IMG/VR virus record: IMGVR_UViG_3300045391_001808
Coordinates: 1-54,317 of that record
Source: a virus
Strand: one strand, 5' to 3'
DNA: 54,317 bases
This document shows, in pieces, positions 40,740 to 49,776 of this stretch (its first letter is position 1; each line of letters begins with the position of its first letter). The notes beneath the pieces are model-generated. The model worked only from the letters and a program-made list of their open reading frames with translations, was not told the DNA's origin and did no database searches. A program made the translations under genes and the position numbers.

Positions 40740-41683
40740 GCTTCAGACTGCTACCGTTCCCACCACACTGCGCAGGAGTCCACCGTTCGGGCTGGCCGTA
40801 CGTGCACAGCCACCTGATGGACTACTGCTCGGACGATCCAGAGGCCACGCTGCTCGACGACTTCGTCGATGCGTCGTTCAGCTACCGTCACGTGCCAGAG
40901 CCGCACAGCTCGCCGTGGGTGGGGATCTTCCATCATCCAGCCCGAGTACACAGCCCGCTCGCGAGCGACAGGTCGTCGGTAGTGACGCGCCTGCAGCGGG
41001 ACCGGATGTTCCGACAGTCCGTGCGTCACCTCAAGGGAGCCGTGTGCCTCTGCCCGCAGCTCGAGCCCGTGCTGCGCGAGTGGCTGGGCGTGCCGGTACT
41101 CGTCACGCACCACCCGACCGAGACAGATGTCACACAGTTCGACATAACGCAGTTTGACGCGACCGAGCGCCCGCCGCTGTTCCAGTGTGGGTTCTTCCTT
41201 CGCGACACTCGCTTCGTGTACCACCTCGACGTGCCGCGGTACGAGAAGGCACGCAGCCGTCCGTACACAGAGTGGGCAGTGAGGCGCGACGCGCAGCTCA
41301 AGTACGCGCTGGCACGCGGCGGCCCACCGCAGAGCAGCGCCGAGGTGAGGGAGTTCGACCGCCTGCCCGACCACAAGTACGACGAGGTCATGGCGTCGTC
41401 CATCGTGGTCACGCGACTGTTCGGTGCAGCGGCCAACAACGTCGTCGTGGAGTCGCTGGCCCGCAACTCGCCACTGCTCGTCAACCGCCTGCCCGAGGTC
41501 GAGTACTACCTGGGAAGTGGCTACCCACTGTTCTTCCGAGACCACGACCACGCGCAGCAGCTCCTTCGCGACTGGTCTCGCGTCGAGGCAGCGCACCAGT
41601 ACATGGCAGAGTTCGAGGCACCGTGGCTCGACGCGGCAGTCTTTGCTGCTGAGGTCGCCGACTTCGTCAGGAGGGTCGCATGA
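40736..41683 (+). CDS. glycosyltransferase-like protein (GT-B C-terminal-like)
   Basis: The TTG start at 40736 (TTGA overlap, GAGGA upstream) is provisional. IVVTRLFGAAANNVVVESLARNSPLLVNRLPEVEYYLGSGYPLFF resembles a GT donor-binding segment. The upstream part of ORF 40382 is Arg/Pro junk. Confidence 0.45.
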   Translation: MSFRLLPFPPHCAGVHRSGWPYVHSHLMDYCSDDPEATLLDDFVDASFSYRHVPEPHSSPWVGIFHHPARVHSPLASDRSSVVTRLQRDRMFRQSVRHLKGAVCLCPQLEPVLREWLGVPVLVTHHPTETDVTQFDITQFDATERPPLFQCGFFLRDTRFVYHLDVPRYEKARSRPYTEWAVRRDAQLKYALARGGPPQSSAEVREFDRLPDHKYDEVMASSIVVTRLFGAAANNVVVESLARNSPLLVNRLPEVEYYLGSGYPLFFRDHDHAQQLLRDWSRVEAAHQYMAEFEAPWLDAAVFAAEVADFVRRVA

Positions 41684-42696
41684 TAGAGCTCGACGGAATC
41701 ACTCTTGACTTCAATCCCGACCAGCCACGAGACGATCACGGCCGCTTCGGTGAGGGTGGCGGCGGTGGCAACGTCGACGTGTCCAAACCTTGGACACCCG
41801 AGAAAGGAATGACGCTATACCACGCGTCAGAGAGCACCATCGATAACTTGTCGCCCGACAGGCCGATGTGGTTCACGCCGTCGCGCACGGAGGCAAGTGC
41901 GTACCTGGATACTGCGAGAGCGTCTAGTCCCAGCGGCACGCAGTACGCCGCCAAGCTAGAGACGACTAAGATAGCTACGCAGAGCGATGTAGACAGCCTG
42001 GCGAAGGAAGTGTTCGGTGACAACTTTTCTTATACGATGCTTGACCCGTCCGTAGGCGAGTACCCCAAGGCAAAAGTAAAGTCTTTCATCAAGACGCTCA
42101 AGTCTCGAGGCTTCGACGGGGTCATACACAACGACTATTCTGCCGTTAACAGCAACAAGGACGCGTACACACTGGTCGTGTTCAACCCGAAGAAGGCCGT
42201 CAGTGACTTTAAGAAGAACAGCATGTCCCTGTCACTCGACGGGGTAGAGCTGGCCTTCGACCCTGAGGTCACACCTCGTGACAACGGTAAGTTCGCACCC
42301 GGCCTGCGAGGGATCGACGACCCGGGTGACGTGCAGGTGAGGGACCTCGACGAGGCGTCGAAGAACCGGCTCGACAAGTTGCTCACCACCGGCCGAACGC
42401 CGTTCCCACGCGTGAGCCGCGACGACCTGCCGCCCGTGACGAACAGCAAGTTCCGGTCAGAAGGTAAGGTCGAGGACGTGAAGGTAGCTGACCTTATCGC
42501 GACGCAGCAGACGATCGACCAGGCGCAGGTCGGACAGTTTACTGACAGGTACCTGCGGGACGTGGTGGGAGCTGACGACCCCGTGAAGGTACTACGCTGG
42601 AACGACAAGCTCTACCTGATCGACGGCCACCACAGGGCTACTGCCTCCTGGGTAACCGGCGACGAGACTATAAAGGCTACAGTGGTGGACCGATGA
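41680..42696 (+). CDS. two-module protein with C-terminal ParB/Srx-like nuclease domain
   Basis: The C-terminus LYLIDGHHRATASWV is the ParB-N DGHHR motif. AGGAGG lies upstream of the ATG. A duplicated ~24-aa leader occurs at residues 1-25 and 184-207. Confidence 0.7.
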   Translation: MIELDGITLDFNPDQPRDDHGRFGEGGGGGNVDVSKPWTPEKGMTLYHASESTIDNLSPDRPMWFTPSRTEASAYLDTARASSPSGTQYAAKLETTKIATQSDVDSLAKEVFGDNFSYTMLDPSVGEYPKAKVKSFIKTLKSRGFDGVIHNDYSAVNSNKDAYTLVVFNPKKAVSDFKKNSMSLSLDGVELAFDPEVTPRDNGKFAPGLRGIDDPGDVQVRDLDEASKNRLDKLLTTGRTPFPRVSRDDLPPVTNSKFRSEGKVEDVKVADLIATQQTIDQAQVGQFTDRYLRDVVGADDPVKVLRWNDKLYLIDGHHRATASWVTGDETIKATVVDR

Positions 42697-42881
42697 GATG
42701 GGCCGTGCTACTGCTCACATTCACGATCACGATCACGTTCTCGTGGGGCGAGCGGCCGGAACGTGTGTTGCCGGCCGCTCGCACAACCGACCGGTCTAAG
42801 ATGACGCTGGAGCAGTGGCTCGATACCTACTTCCCGACTAAGAGCATAAGTTACGAAGACGCAGAGATGTTCGGAGGCTAG
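42693..42881 (+). CDS. small hypothetical protein with hydrophobic N-terminus
   Basis: 62 aa with an ATGA overlap. Confidence 0.45.
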   Translation: MRWAVLLLTFTITITFSWGERPERVLPAARTTDRSKMTLEQWLDTYFPTKSISYEDAEMFGG

Positions 42882-42882
42882 C

Positions 42883-43098
42883 ATGGCTTGGTGGTGGATC
42901 GCATGTATCGTCGTCGCACTGTTCATATGGGCCTTCCTGACGGTCCTCAGCTACGGGGCACAGTGCATGATCCCGTCGGGTGGCAGTCTCAAGCGGGTCG
43001 CAGAAGACAGCCTCATATTCTTCTTCGTGTCACTGCTCGTCGTCTTCCCAGTCGCAGGCGCGTGCCGCGTCGTACACCTTCTGATCTTCGGGAAGTAG
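42883..43098 (+). CDS. small two-TM membrane protein
   Basis: 71 aa. The TM segments are WWWIACIVVALFIWAFLTVL and IFFFVSLLVVFPVAGA. Confidence 0.5.
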   Translation: MAWWWIACIVVALFIWAFLTVLSYGAQCMIPSGGSLKRVAEDSLIFFFVSLLVVFPVAGACRVVHLLIFGK

Positions 43099-44376
43099 AT
43101 GCTCACACGAGCCTGGACACCCCTGCGATACCACCCGCTGCAGAGGGCAGCGTGGACGACGGGCGCGCGCTTCGTCAACCTGGCCTGCGGGCGGGGTAGC
43201 GGTAAGACGGAACTCGCACGACGTCGCAGCATACGCATGCTGCCCGTCAAGAAGCCGTGGCCGAACCCGATGTACTTCTACGCGCTGCCTACCTACAACC
43301 AGGCGCGCCGCGTCGCGTGGCGCCCGTTGCTGGACCTCATCCCGCCCCACTGGATCAAGAAGGTGAACCAGTCGGAGCAGATGATCACCACGGTCTTCGG
43401 CAGCGAGCTCCACGTCGTGGGCATGGACAAGCCGCAGCGCATCGAGGGCTCGCAGTGGGACGGCGGCGTGATCGACGAGGCGTGCGACCAGAAGCCCGGC
43501 GCCTTCGACCGCAGCGTGCTGCCCGCGCTGTCGCATAAGAACGGGTGGTGCTGGAGGATCGGCGTGCCCAAGCGTGTAGGCAGCGGTGCCGGCGAGTTTC
43601 GCAAGGCCTTCGAGACTGCTGACGGCGTGGAGTCAGTGTCCTTCACCTGGCCCAGCGAGGACATTCTTAGCGAGAAGCAGCTGCGGTGGGCGCGTGAGAA
43701 CCTCGACCCGAAGGACTACAACGAGCAGTACCGCGCACGCTGGGAGGACGTCAGCGGCCTGATCTTCTACGCGTTCGACGAGGTGCAGAATGTCGACGCG
43801 AACATAAGCTACCGGCCCGACCTGCCGATCCTCGTGGGCAGCGACTTCAACGTGGACCCGATGTCGTGGGCTCTCGCCCAGCGTCCGGAGAAGCGAAAGC
43901 TCGACGTCTTCGACGAGGTGTTCATTCGCAACACGAACACACGCGAGGCCCTGGACTACCTTCACAAGAAGTACGAGCACCACAAGGGAGGCTGGGAGTT
44001 CTACGGCGACGCGACCTCGAAGAGTCGCAACACGCGCGCCTCGCAGAGCGACTACGCGCAGATCAAGAACGACAGGAGGTTCTACGGCGCGAAGGTGTTC
44101 TACCCTGACAGCAACCCTGCCCGGGCGAATCGCTTCGCCGCGTGTAACGCGATGTTCCTCAACGCGGACAACGAGCGCGCTTGCAAGATACACCCACGCT
44201 GCAAGCAGCTGATCGCCGATCTCACTACTCGTGCGTACGCACCGGGTACTACTGAACCAGACGACCACGGTGACATAGGACACATGACGGACGGGTTCGG
44301 GTATCTCGTGTACCGTCTCTTCCCGATCCGAGTAGCGATCAGCGCCACGCCCGGAGTCTACATATCTGATGGCTGA
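43099..44376 (+). CDS. terL: terminase large subunit
   Basis: Walker A is LACGRGSGKTELA and Walker B is GGVIDEACD. C-terminal nuclease acidic motifs are VGSDFNVDP and DDHGDIGHMTDGFGY. Confidence 0.85.
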   Translation: MLTRAWTPLRYHPLQRAAWTTGARFVNLACGRGSGKTELARRRSIRMLPVKKPWPNPMYFYALPTYNQARRVAWRPLLDLIPPHWIKKVNQSEQMITTVFGSELHVVGMDKPQRIEGSQWDGGVIDEACDQKPGAFDRSVLPALSHKNGWCWRIGVPKRVGSGAGEFRKAFETADGVESVSFTWPSEDILSEKQLRWARENLDPKDYNEQYRARWEDVSGLIFYAFDEVQNVDANISYRPDLPILVGSDFNVDPMSWALAQRPEKRKLDVFDEVFIRNTNTREALDYLHKKYEHHKGGWEFYGDATSKSRNTRASQSDYAQIKNDRRFYGAKVFYPDSNPARANRFAACNAMFLNADNERACKIHPRCKQLIADLTTRAYAPGTTEPDDHGDIGHMTDGFGYLVYRLFPIRVAISATPGVYISDG

Positions 44377-45694
44377 GAAGACGCTACCTCAAGTACTGAT
44401 CGCCCCGGGCATAATGACCGACGGCGAGCTGCCCGACTCGCACCAGAAGTACTACAAGACGTACCGCGAGATGCGGTCTGACCCGACGATCGCGCTTGCA
44501 CGCTTCCTGAGCGTCGCGCCGCTGGTAGTCTCTGGGTGGTCCTACGAGGCCAAGGACTGGGCGCCCGAGGGCGCGAAGGAGTTCGTCTCCGAGCAGATGG
44601 AGCGAGTGCGCATGAGACTGCTGAAGGCAGTCTTCGAGGGCTACATCGACTACGGCTGGTCACCCTTCGAGATCGTGTGGGGCGTGGACGACGACCTCAT
44701 GCAGGTGATCCAGGAGTTCAAGCCGCTCCTACAAGACTACACGACGATCCTGGTCGACGAGAAGACTGGCAGGATGCTCGGCCTAAGACAGGACCTGCTC
44801 GGTACGAACGTCGACCTGTACGCCGGAGAGTACCTCTGTATCGCTCTCGACGTAGAGGGCACGTACTGGTACGGCGACCCACTCATGGAGAACGTCCGTG
44901 AGATCGACAAGAAGTGGGAAGTCATCGAGGACGCTGCGTCGCGATACGACAAGAAGGTCGCGGGCTCGCACTGGGTCGTCCACTATCCCATGGGTACTTC
45001 ACTCGTGGATGGCGAGGAAATCGACAACTTCATCGTCGCCAAGAAGATACTGGCGTCGCTACAGTCCTCAGGTGCTGTGACGGTGCCCACGAAGCTGAAG
45101 CCGGAGAGCGACGACGTCGACGGGGAGAACGCGTGGAAGATCGAGCTGCTCAGCGACAGCGGGAACGCGCGAGCTGCGTTCGTTGACCGGCAGAAGTACC
45201 TCGACGCGCTCAAGGTCAGGGCGTTCGGGCTGCCGGAGCGTTCCGTACTCGAGGGCGAGTTCGGCACCAAGGCGGAAGCAGAGGCACACGGCAACTTTGC
45301 CATCGTGAACATGGAGATGCGGGCGCAGCTGGTCGTCGAGGACATCAACCGCAAGGCTGTCAACTTCATCCTCACGAACAACTACGGGCCCTACGCCCGC
45401 GACTCGGTCGTGATCGTGGCGAACCCGATCAAGGACGCGTCGCTCGCGTTCCTGAGAGACCTCTACAAGACCATGCTGACCGGGGACATGGGCGCGAGTG
45501 AGATCGCGACGATCGACACTGACACGATGAAGGAGAGGACGGGCGTCCCTAAGAAGCCCGACCCCATCATGACACTGTACGACGACATGCAGGTGGGTAC
45601 TACTCTGCCAGCTGACCCAACCTCAAGCATACAAGGTGACCCGTGGAGTGGAACACAACCACAATCATCGCCGCAGTACTTGCCGGCGTCCTAG
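44369..45694 (+). CDS. portal protein (DUF935/Mu gp29-like, tentative family)
   Basis: 441 aa immediately after terL with an 8-nt overlap. The size and N-terminal pattern (YREMRSDPTIALARFLSVAPL) support the call. Confidence 0.75.
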   Translation: MAEKTLPQVLIAPGIMTDGELPDSHQKYYKTYREMRSDPTIALARFLSVAPLVVSGWSYEAKDWAPEGAKEFVSEQMERVRMRLLKAVFEGYIDYGWSPFEIVWGVDDDLMQVIQEFKPLLQDYTTILVDEKTGRMLGLRQDLLGTNVDLYAGEYLCIALDVEGTYWYGDPLMENVREIDKKWEVIEDAASRYDKKVAGSHWVVHYPMGTSLVDGEEIDNFIVAKKILASLQSSGAVTVPTKLKPESDDVDGENAWKIELLSDSGNARAAFVDRQKYLDALKVRAFGLPERSVLEGEFGTKAEAEAHGNFAIVNMEMRAQLVVEDINRKAVNFILTNNYGPYARDSVVIVANPIKDASLAFLRDLYKTMLTGDMGASEIATIDTDTMKERTGVPKKPDPIMTLYDDMQVGTTLPADPTSSIQGDPWSGTQPQSSPQYLPAS

Positions 45695-45948
45695 TCCTTC
45701 TCAACAAGGGCACGCTCGTGGAGGCACTCAAGGCCTTCTGGGCCGCACTCACCGGGACCAAGCCGGCCGCTAAGACGCAGCTGGCCAGTACCGACACAGA
45801 GCTGCCAGCGGTCCAGGCACGACTGGACGCCGTCCGTCTGCTACAACAGTTCTACACGCAGGTCGACTGTCCCGAGGGCCTGGAGGCCACGCAGACCTGC
45901 CTAAACCACCTTCTGGACGACATGAAGCCCCATGAGCAAGCAAGCTAA
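45643..45948 (+). CDS. membrane-anchored hypothetical protein
   Basis: 101 aa with a GTG start. The N-terminal TM segment is TTIIAAVLAGVLVLL. Confidence 0.45.
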   Translation: MEWNTTTIIAAVLAGVLVLLNKGTLVEALKAFWAALTGTKPAAKTQLASTDTELPAVQARLDAVRLLQQFYTQVDCPEGLEATQTCLNHLLDDMKPHEQAS

Positions 45949-46384
45949 CTTACTAGCCGTCGCTGCGATCGTCGGACTCTTCGTGTGGTCGCAGCCACAG
46001 CTTCGCGAGAAAGTCGTCCCCACGACCGTCACGCCGTCGGTAACACCGACCGAGTCGATGAAAGACGCGGTCGCGCCGATTACTGCGGCCGTGAAGGGGC
46101 ATAAGGACGTCGCGGCCGTGGGCTCTGCCTACTACCGAGACGTGGCAGCATCAGTGTCAGCGTTCCCAGAGCGCTTCGACTCGATCGTGGAGATCGAGAC
46201 CTTCCTCAACAACTCCGGGCAGCTGCTGTCCAAGCTCGCACCAGCAGACAATTCTGCCGTTCGCAAGGCGACAGCGGACGCGATGACCAAGATCCTCGGG
46301 TCGGACGAGACGAAGAAGCTCGACCCGACGACTGTCAAGAACTGCTTCGAGACTATATCTTGGGCGTACGCCCAGGCGGGATGA
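45932..46384 (+). CDS. membrane-anchored hypothetical protein
   Basis: 150 aa. The N-terminal TM segment is LLAVAAIVGLFVW. Confidence 0.55.
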   Translation: MSKQANLLAVAAIVGLFVWSQPQLREKVVPTTVTPSVTPTESMKDAVAPITAAVKGHKDVAAVGSAYYRDVAASVSAFPERFDSIVEIETFLNNSGQLLSKLAPADNSAVRKATADAMTKILGSDETKKLDPTTVKNCFETISWAYAQAG

Positions 46385-46387
46385 CGA

Positions 46388-47428
46388 ATGGCCCTACGAA
46401 TACCTTCTGCGTTCACTATGTGGCGGCAGGACGGCGACTCGCTGCCCATCGACGACGTCATCCGGATGTACAACGCTGGATTTGCCGGCTGCGGCAAGGA
46501 CGAGCAGGCACACGCCGACCTCCTGTCGAGTGTACAGTGGCCTGACGCCGACGCAGCGTGCCACGCGTTCGGCATCGCGGACACCGGGGCAGGAAAGCTC
46601 TGCCTCACCTACCCTGCGATCATGGCCTGCTACCCGGGCGCGCTGCCCGGGGCGGCACAGGAGCGTGGCGACTGCGTGTCGCACTCGACGAAGAACGCCG
46701 GACTCGCCACGATGTGCTGCGAGATCGTGGCCCAGAAGCCAGACGACGTGACTGGAGCAGTGGAGGCCGCGCCCGAGCTCACACCTGAGGGCATCAAGTC
46801 AGGCGCTGCGAGCAGCGAGGCGATCTACTGGTACCGCGGATACGGCGGCGATGGGTGGTCCTGCGACGCTGCGGCGATGGTGATCAAGGACAAGAGCGGC
46901 CTGTGGCTGCGAAAGAACTATCCGGACTTCAACGTCGACCTCACGACGTACAGTGGCAGCAAGGCAGGCCTCTACGGCTCGCGCACGCCGCCCGACAACA
47001 TGACGCAGTTCGGCCGGCAGCACCTCATACGTACTGTCACTGAGGTCGAGTCGTTCGAGGCCCTGCGAGACTTGATCGCGAACGGCTACGGTATCAGCAC
47101 GTGTGGAGGCGAGGGGTGGTCCTCACGTCGCGACGAGAACGGTTACAGCGACCGCCAGGGATCCTGGTCCCACGCGCTGGCGTGCCTGGGCGCCGACGAC
47201 CGCGACATCATCAAGCAGAAGTACGGCGAGCCGCTCGTGCTGGTGCAGAACAGCTGGGCAGAATGGAACAGCGGTGGCACGCGCATACTAGGAACAAACC
47301 GAGACATTCCGGGAGGGTCGTTCTGGGCCAGGTGGTCCGCGTTCAAGAATCGTCAGATTCTGGCCTTCTCTTCGTTTAACGGCTGGCGACGCCAGCGCTT
47401 ACCAGACTGGGGGATCGCATGGGGATGA
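46388..47428 (+). CDS. papain-like (C1-type) cysteine peptidase
   Basis: QERGDCVSHS carries the oxyanion Gln and catalytic Cys. GSWSHALACLG carries His. LVQNSWAEWN is the Asn-Ser-Trp motif. Confidence 0.65.
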   Translation: MALRIPSAFTMWRQDGDSLPIDDVIRMYNAGFAGCGKDEQAHADLLSSVQWPDADAACHAFGIADTGAGKLCLTYPAIMACYPGALPGAAQERGDCVSHSTKNAGLATMCCEIVAQKPDDVTGAVEAAPELTPEGIKSGAASSEAIYWYRGYGGDGWSCDAAAMVIKDKSGLWLRKNYPDFNVDLTTYSGSKAGLYGSRTPPDNMTQFGRQHLIRTVTEVESFEALRDLIANGYGISTCGGEGWSSRRDENGYSDRQGSWSHALACLGADDRDIIKQKYGEPLVLVQNSWAEWNSGGTRILGTNRDIPGGSFWARWSAFKNRQILAFSSFNGWRRQRLPDWGIAWG

Positions 47429-48042
47429 TCAGACTAGGACTGCTGCTACTCACCGTCGTCGGCTGCTCGACAGCCTCAGCCAAGTACCCACCGGGATACT
47501 TCAAGACTACTGTCGTCGCCGCGTCGGCGCTCGACACGCAGGCCGCGACGCCTGACGTGTCGCCTGTGGTCTCCGCCAAGTGCGACGGCTCCGGGTGGAT
47601 CACGCATGGCGACGGCCACAAGACGCAGTGCCTCGGATGCGAGAAGTGCATGTCGAGCACGGTACCTACGAGTCTCCTGTTCGGCACAGATCCACGACTG
47701 AAGGTCGGGGACGACGTCTACCAGACAGAATGGAGCAACAGCTGGGTCAACTTGAAGAGTGACGAGCCGTCCACGGAGATCTCGACTCACACGTCGTACT
47801 GTAAGCGTCGCATGTGGAACGACCGCGAGTGGCTCTGGGTTGCCGGCAAGCTCTACGTGTACGATGACGACGGCAAGATCGTCCTCTACTCTAAGGTCAA
47901 GGGTGCCGGCTGGCTCCGACCGTTTAAGAACCGACGTTCGTCCGGGACAGGCAGTCTCGCGGGTGGCTGCTCGTCCGGGGCGGGCTCTTGTTCCGGTGGA
48001 TCCTGCGGCCCCGGAAGAGGGTTGTTCGGTCGCAGGAGATAG
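47419..48042 (+). CDS. lipoprotein with Gly/Ser/Cys-rich C-terminal tail
   Basis: The signal peptide plus lipobox is MGMIRLGLLLLTVVGC. The C-terminus is GTGSLAGGCSSGAGSCSGGSCGPGRGLFGRRR. Confidence 0.6.
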   Translation: MGMIRLGLLLLTVVGCSTASAKYPPGYFKTTVVAASALDTQAATPDVSPVVSAKCDGSGWITHGDGHKTQCLGCEKCMSSTVPTSLLFGTDPRLKVGDDVYQTEWSNSWVNLKSDEPSTEISTHTSYCKRRMWNDREWLWVAGKLYVYDDDGKIVLYSKVKGAGWLRPFKNRRSSGTGSLAGGCSSGAGSCSGGSCGPGRGLFGRRR

Positions 48043-48109
48043 GTACTATAAGTACATGTACAAGCATCTCTGGTTTAAGAGAAAGTTCCGCAAACTAAAG
48101 GAGCTCTTT

Positions 48110-48313
48110 ATGGACGAGTTTGACTCCCTGAGAGAAGAAGTCTCTCAGATTCGCACCGTGGTCGAGAGCACGAAAGTGCTGCTTGCCAACCTGGCCGACC
48201 AGATCGTCACTCACAAGGACGACCCGGCCAAGATCCAAGAGATCGCCGACCAACTTCGCGCTACTCGTGAAGACTTGGCGAACGCAGTCGCAGAGAACAC
48301 TCCGAGCGCCTGA
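48110..48313 (+). CDS. small helical hypothetical protein
   Basis: 67 aa from ATG 48110 with AAGGAG upstream. ATG 48056 is an alternative start. The upstream part of ORF 47759 is junk overlapping the lipoprotein gene. Confidence 0.5.
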   Translation: MDEFDSLREEVSQIRTVVESTKVLLANLADQIVTHKDDPAKIQEIADQLRATREDLANAVAENTPSA

Positions 48314-48316
48314 ACC

Positions 48317-48592
48317 ATGTTAGGACTGTTCCTCATACTCTTCGGACTGTCGATGATAGTCGGCCAGACGTTCCCCGGGCAGGGCTACCTGCTCGGGGTT
48401 CTGGCCATCTGGGCTGGAATCACGGAGGTACTGCGTGGAGCTCGCAACAGGAGACATGATCTTCAGCAGCGGGCACAGCGCCTTCAGCAAGATCATCAAG
48501 GAAGTGACGGGAACGCCGTGGTCGCACCTGTGCGTGATGGCGTCGCCGGGCCAGGTCTGGGAAGCAGTGGGATGCGGGACGAGACTCACTAG
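48317..48592 (+). CDS. two-TM holin-like protein
   Basis: 91 aa. The TM segments are LGLFLILFGLSMIVG and YLLGVLAIWAGI, followed by a charged tail. The 3' part overlaps the next gene by 158 nt. Confidence 0.45.
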   Translation: MLGLFLILFGLSMIVGQTFPGQGYLLGVLAIWAGITEVLRGARNRRHDLQQRAQRLQQDHQGSDGNAVVAPVRDGVAGPGLGSSGMRDETH

Positions 48593-48998
48593 CCTCGCCT
48601 CCCAGTTCGACGTCGTGAATGACTTCCTCACCTCAGTGGTCAACCCTGGTGTCGGTCGCGTCGCAGTACGACAGGTCATATGGCCTGATCCAGACCTTCG
48701 CGCTGCTGCCGTCGAGACGTTCTGGCGGCACGTCCACCGCTACTCCGACCACCCTTACGAGCGCGACAAGCGGCAGATGCTAGAGGCGGCCTTCCCGTGG
48801 GCAGTAAGCTGCTCGAAGGAAGACCTCGACTCGATGTTCTGCTGGGAAGCAGCTTCCGCGTGCTGGCGGGACATGGGGCTTCTTGATCCGCTGAGGCCGC
48901 CACACACGTACACACCCGCGGATTATATGAACATGGACGTGCTCTACAACGGGGCGCGCCTGGGACCCTTCACGCTACTGGAGAAGCCACATGGCTAG
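48435..48998 (+). CDS. permuted papain-fold (YiiX/NlpC-P60-like) peptidase, candidate endolysin
   Basis: GDMIFSSGHSAFSKIIKEVTGTPWSHLCVMA...VWEAVGCG fits the YiiX-like pattern. GTG 48435 has GGAGG 6 nt upstream. Confidence 0.55.
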   Translation: MELATGDMIFSSGHSAFSKIIKEVTGTPWSHLCVMASPGQVWEAVGCGTRLTSLASQFDVVNDFLTSVVNPGVGRVAVRQVIWPDPDLRAAAVETFWRHVHRYSDHPYERDKRQMLEAAFPWAVSCSKEDLDSMFCWEAASACWRDMGLLDPLRPPHTYTPADYMNMDVLYNGARLGPFTLLEKPHG

Positions 48999-49122
48999 AG
49001 AACTAAACTTACTGCCCAAGGAGGCCAACGAGGCGATAGCCCTGGCGAAGACACTACTTCGAGCAGTCACCCTTGCTGCCCGCGCTGCAGCGAAGGTATT
49101 CCTGGAGAACACAAGTGAGTAG
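48991..49122 (+). CDS. very small hypothetical protein
   Basis: 43 aa (MARELNLLPKEANEAIALAKTLLRAVTLAARAAAKVFLENTSE) with an ATGGCTAG overlap with the upstream stop. It is below the ORF-track cutoff. Confidence 0.3.
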   Translation: MARELNLLPKEANEAIALAKTLLRAVTLAARAAAKVFLENTSE

Positions 49123-49138
49123 GATCGACGCGGCTGTC

Positions 49139-49441
49139 ATGCCGCGACTACTGCTCGTCCCGTTCGCCTCTAAGAAGCTCGCAGAGCAGGTCGTAAGATC
49201 CACCCTGAGATCGGCGCCTCTCGACTACCTTCAGTCGGGTTCGAGTACTACCACTCTGAGGCCGGAGTGGGTCGGCCTCGCGAAGAAGGAACACGCGCGA
49301 GAGTACGGATTCTCGATACTCACAGCGATACTCGTGGGCGTGATGATCAAGGTGGCCGTGGGCGTGATGATCGAGCTGTGGTTGAACCACCACACTCGAG
49401 ACACTCTGGTCAGGGCGATCATGGAAGCCCGGGAAAGCTAG
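49139..49441 (+). CDS. C-terminally membrane-anchored protein (spanin-like position)
   Basis: 100 aa from ATG 49139 (GTG 49115 or TTG 49073 are possible). The TM segment is FSILTAILVGVMIKVAVGVMI. Confidence 0.45.
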   Translation: MPRLLLVPFASKKLAEQVVRSTLRSAPLDYLQSGSSTTTLRPEWVGLAKKEHAREYGFSILTAILVGVMIKVAVGVMIELWLNHHTRDTLVRAIMEARES

Positions 49442-49446
49442 GAGTC

Positions 49447-49776
49447 ATGATGTGGTCAGACGCTAATCCCGTTTGGATATTCGTGAGCGCGTTCGGCCTG
49501 TCAGCTTTTGCAGGACTCTCTGCCCTTCTCGGACTGAGTAAGAAGAAGGTCACCGCCCTCGCAGTGTTCAGCGCGATGCTACACGGAGGGTTGATGGGAC
49601 TTGCTGCGTGCCTGTGGTGGTACAACGACTACGCAGCAAAGCACAACGTCCCCGGGCTGATAGGCTTGTGCATCCTCCTCGGGCTGGGCGGGTGGCCTAT
49701 GACTACTTTCATACTCGACACGATCTACAAGGGCGGGTTGAAGATCGTAGTGAAGGACGATCATGACCCTAAATAG
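49447..49776 (+). CDS. multi-TM membrane protein (holin-like)
   Basis: 109 aa with three to four hydrophobic segments. AGGAG lies upstream (ATG 49447 or 49450). Confidence 0.55.
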   Translation: MMWSDANPVWIFVSAFGLSAFAGLSALLGLSKKKVTALAVFSAMLHGGLMGLAACLWWYNDYAAKHNVPGLIGLCILLGLGGWPMTTFILDTIYKGGLKIVVKDDHDPK

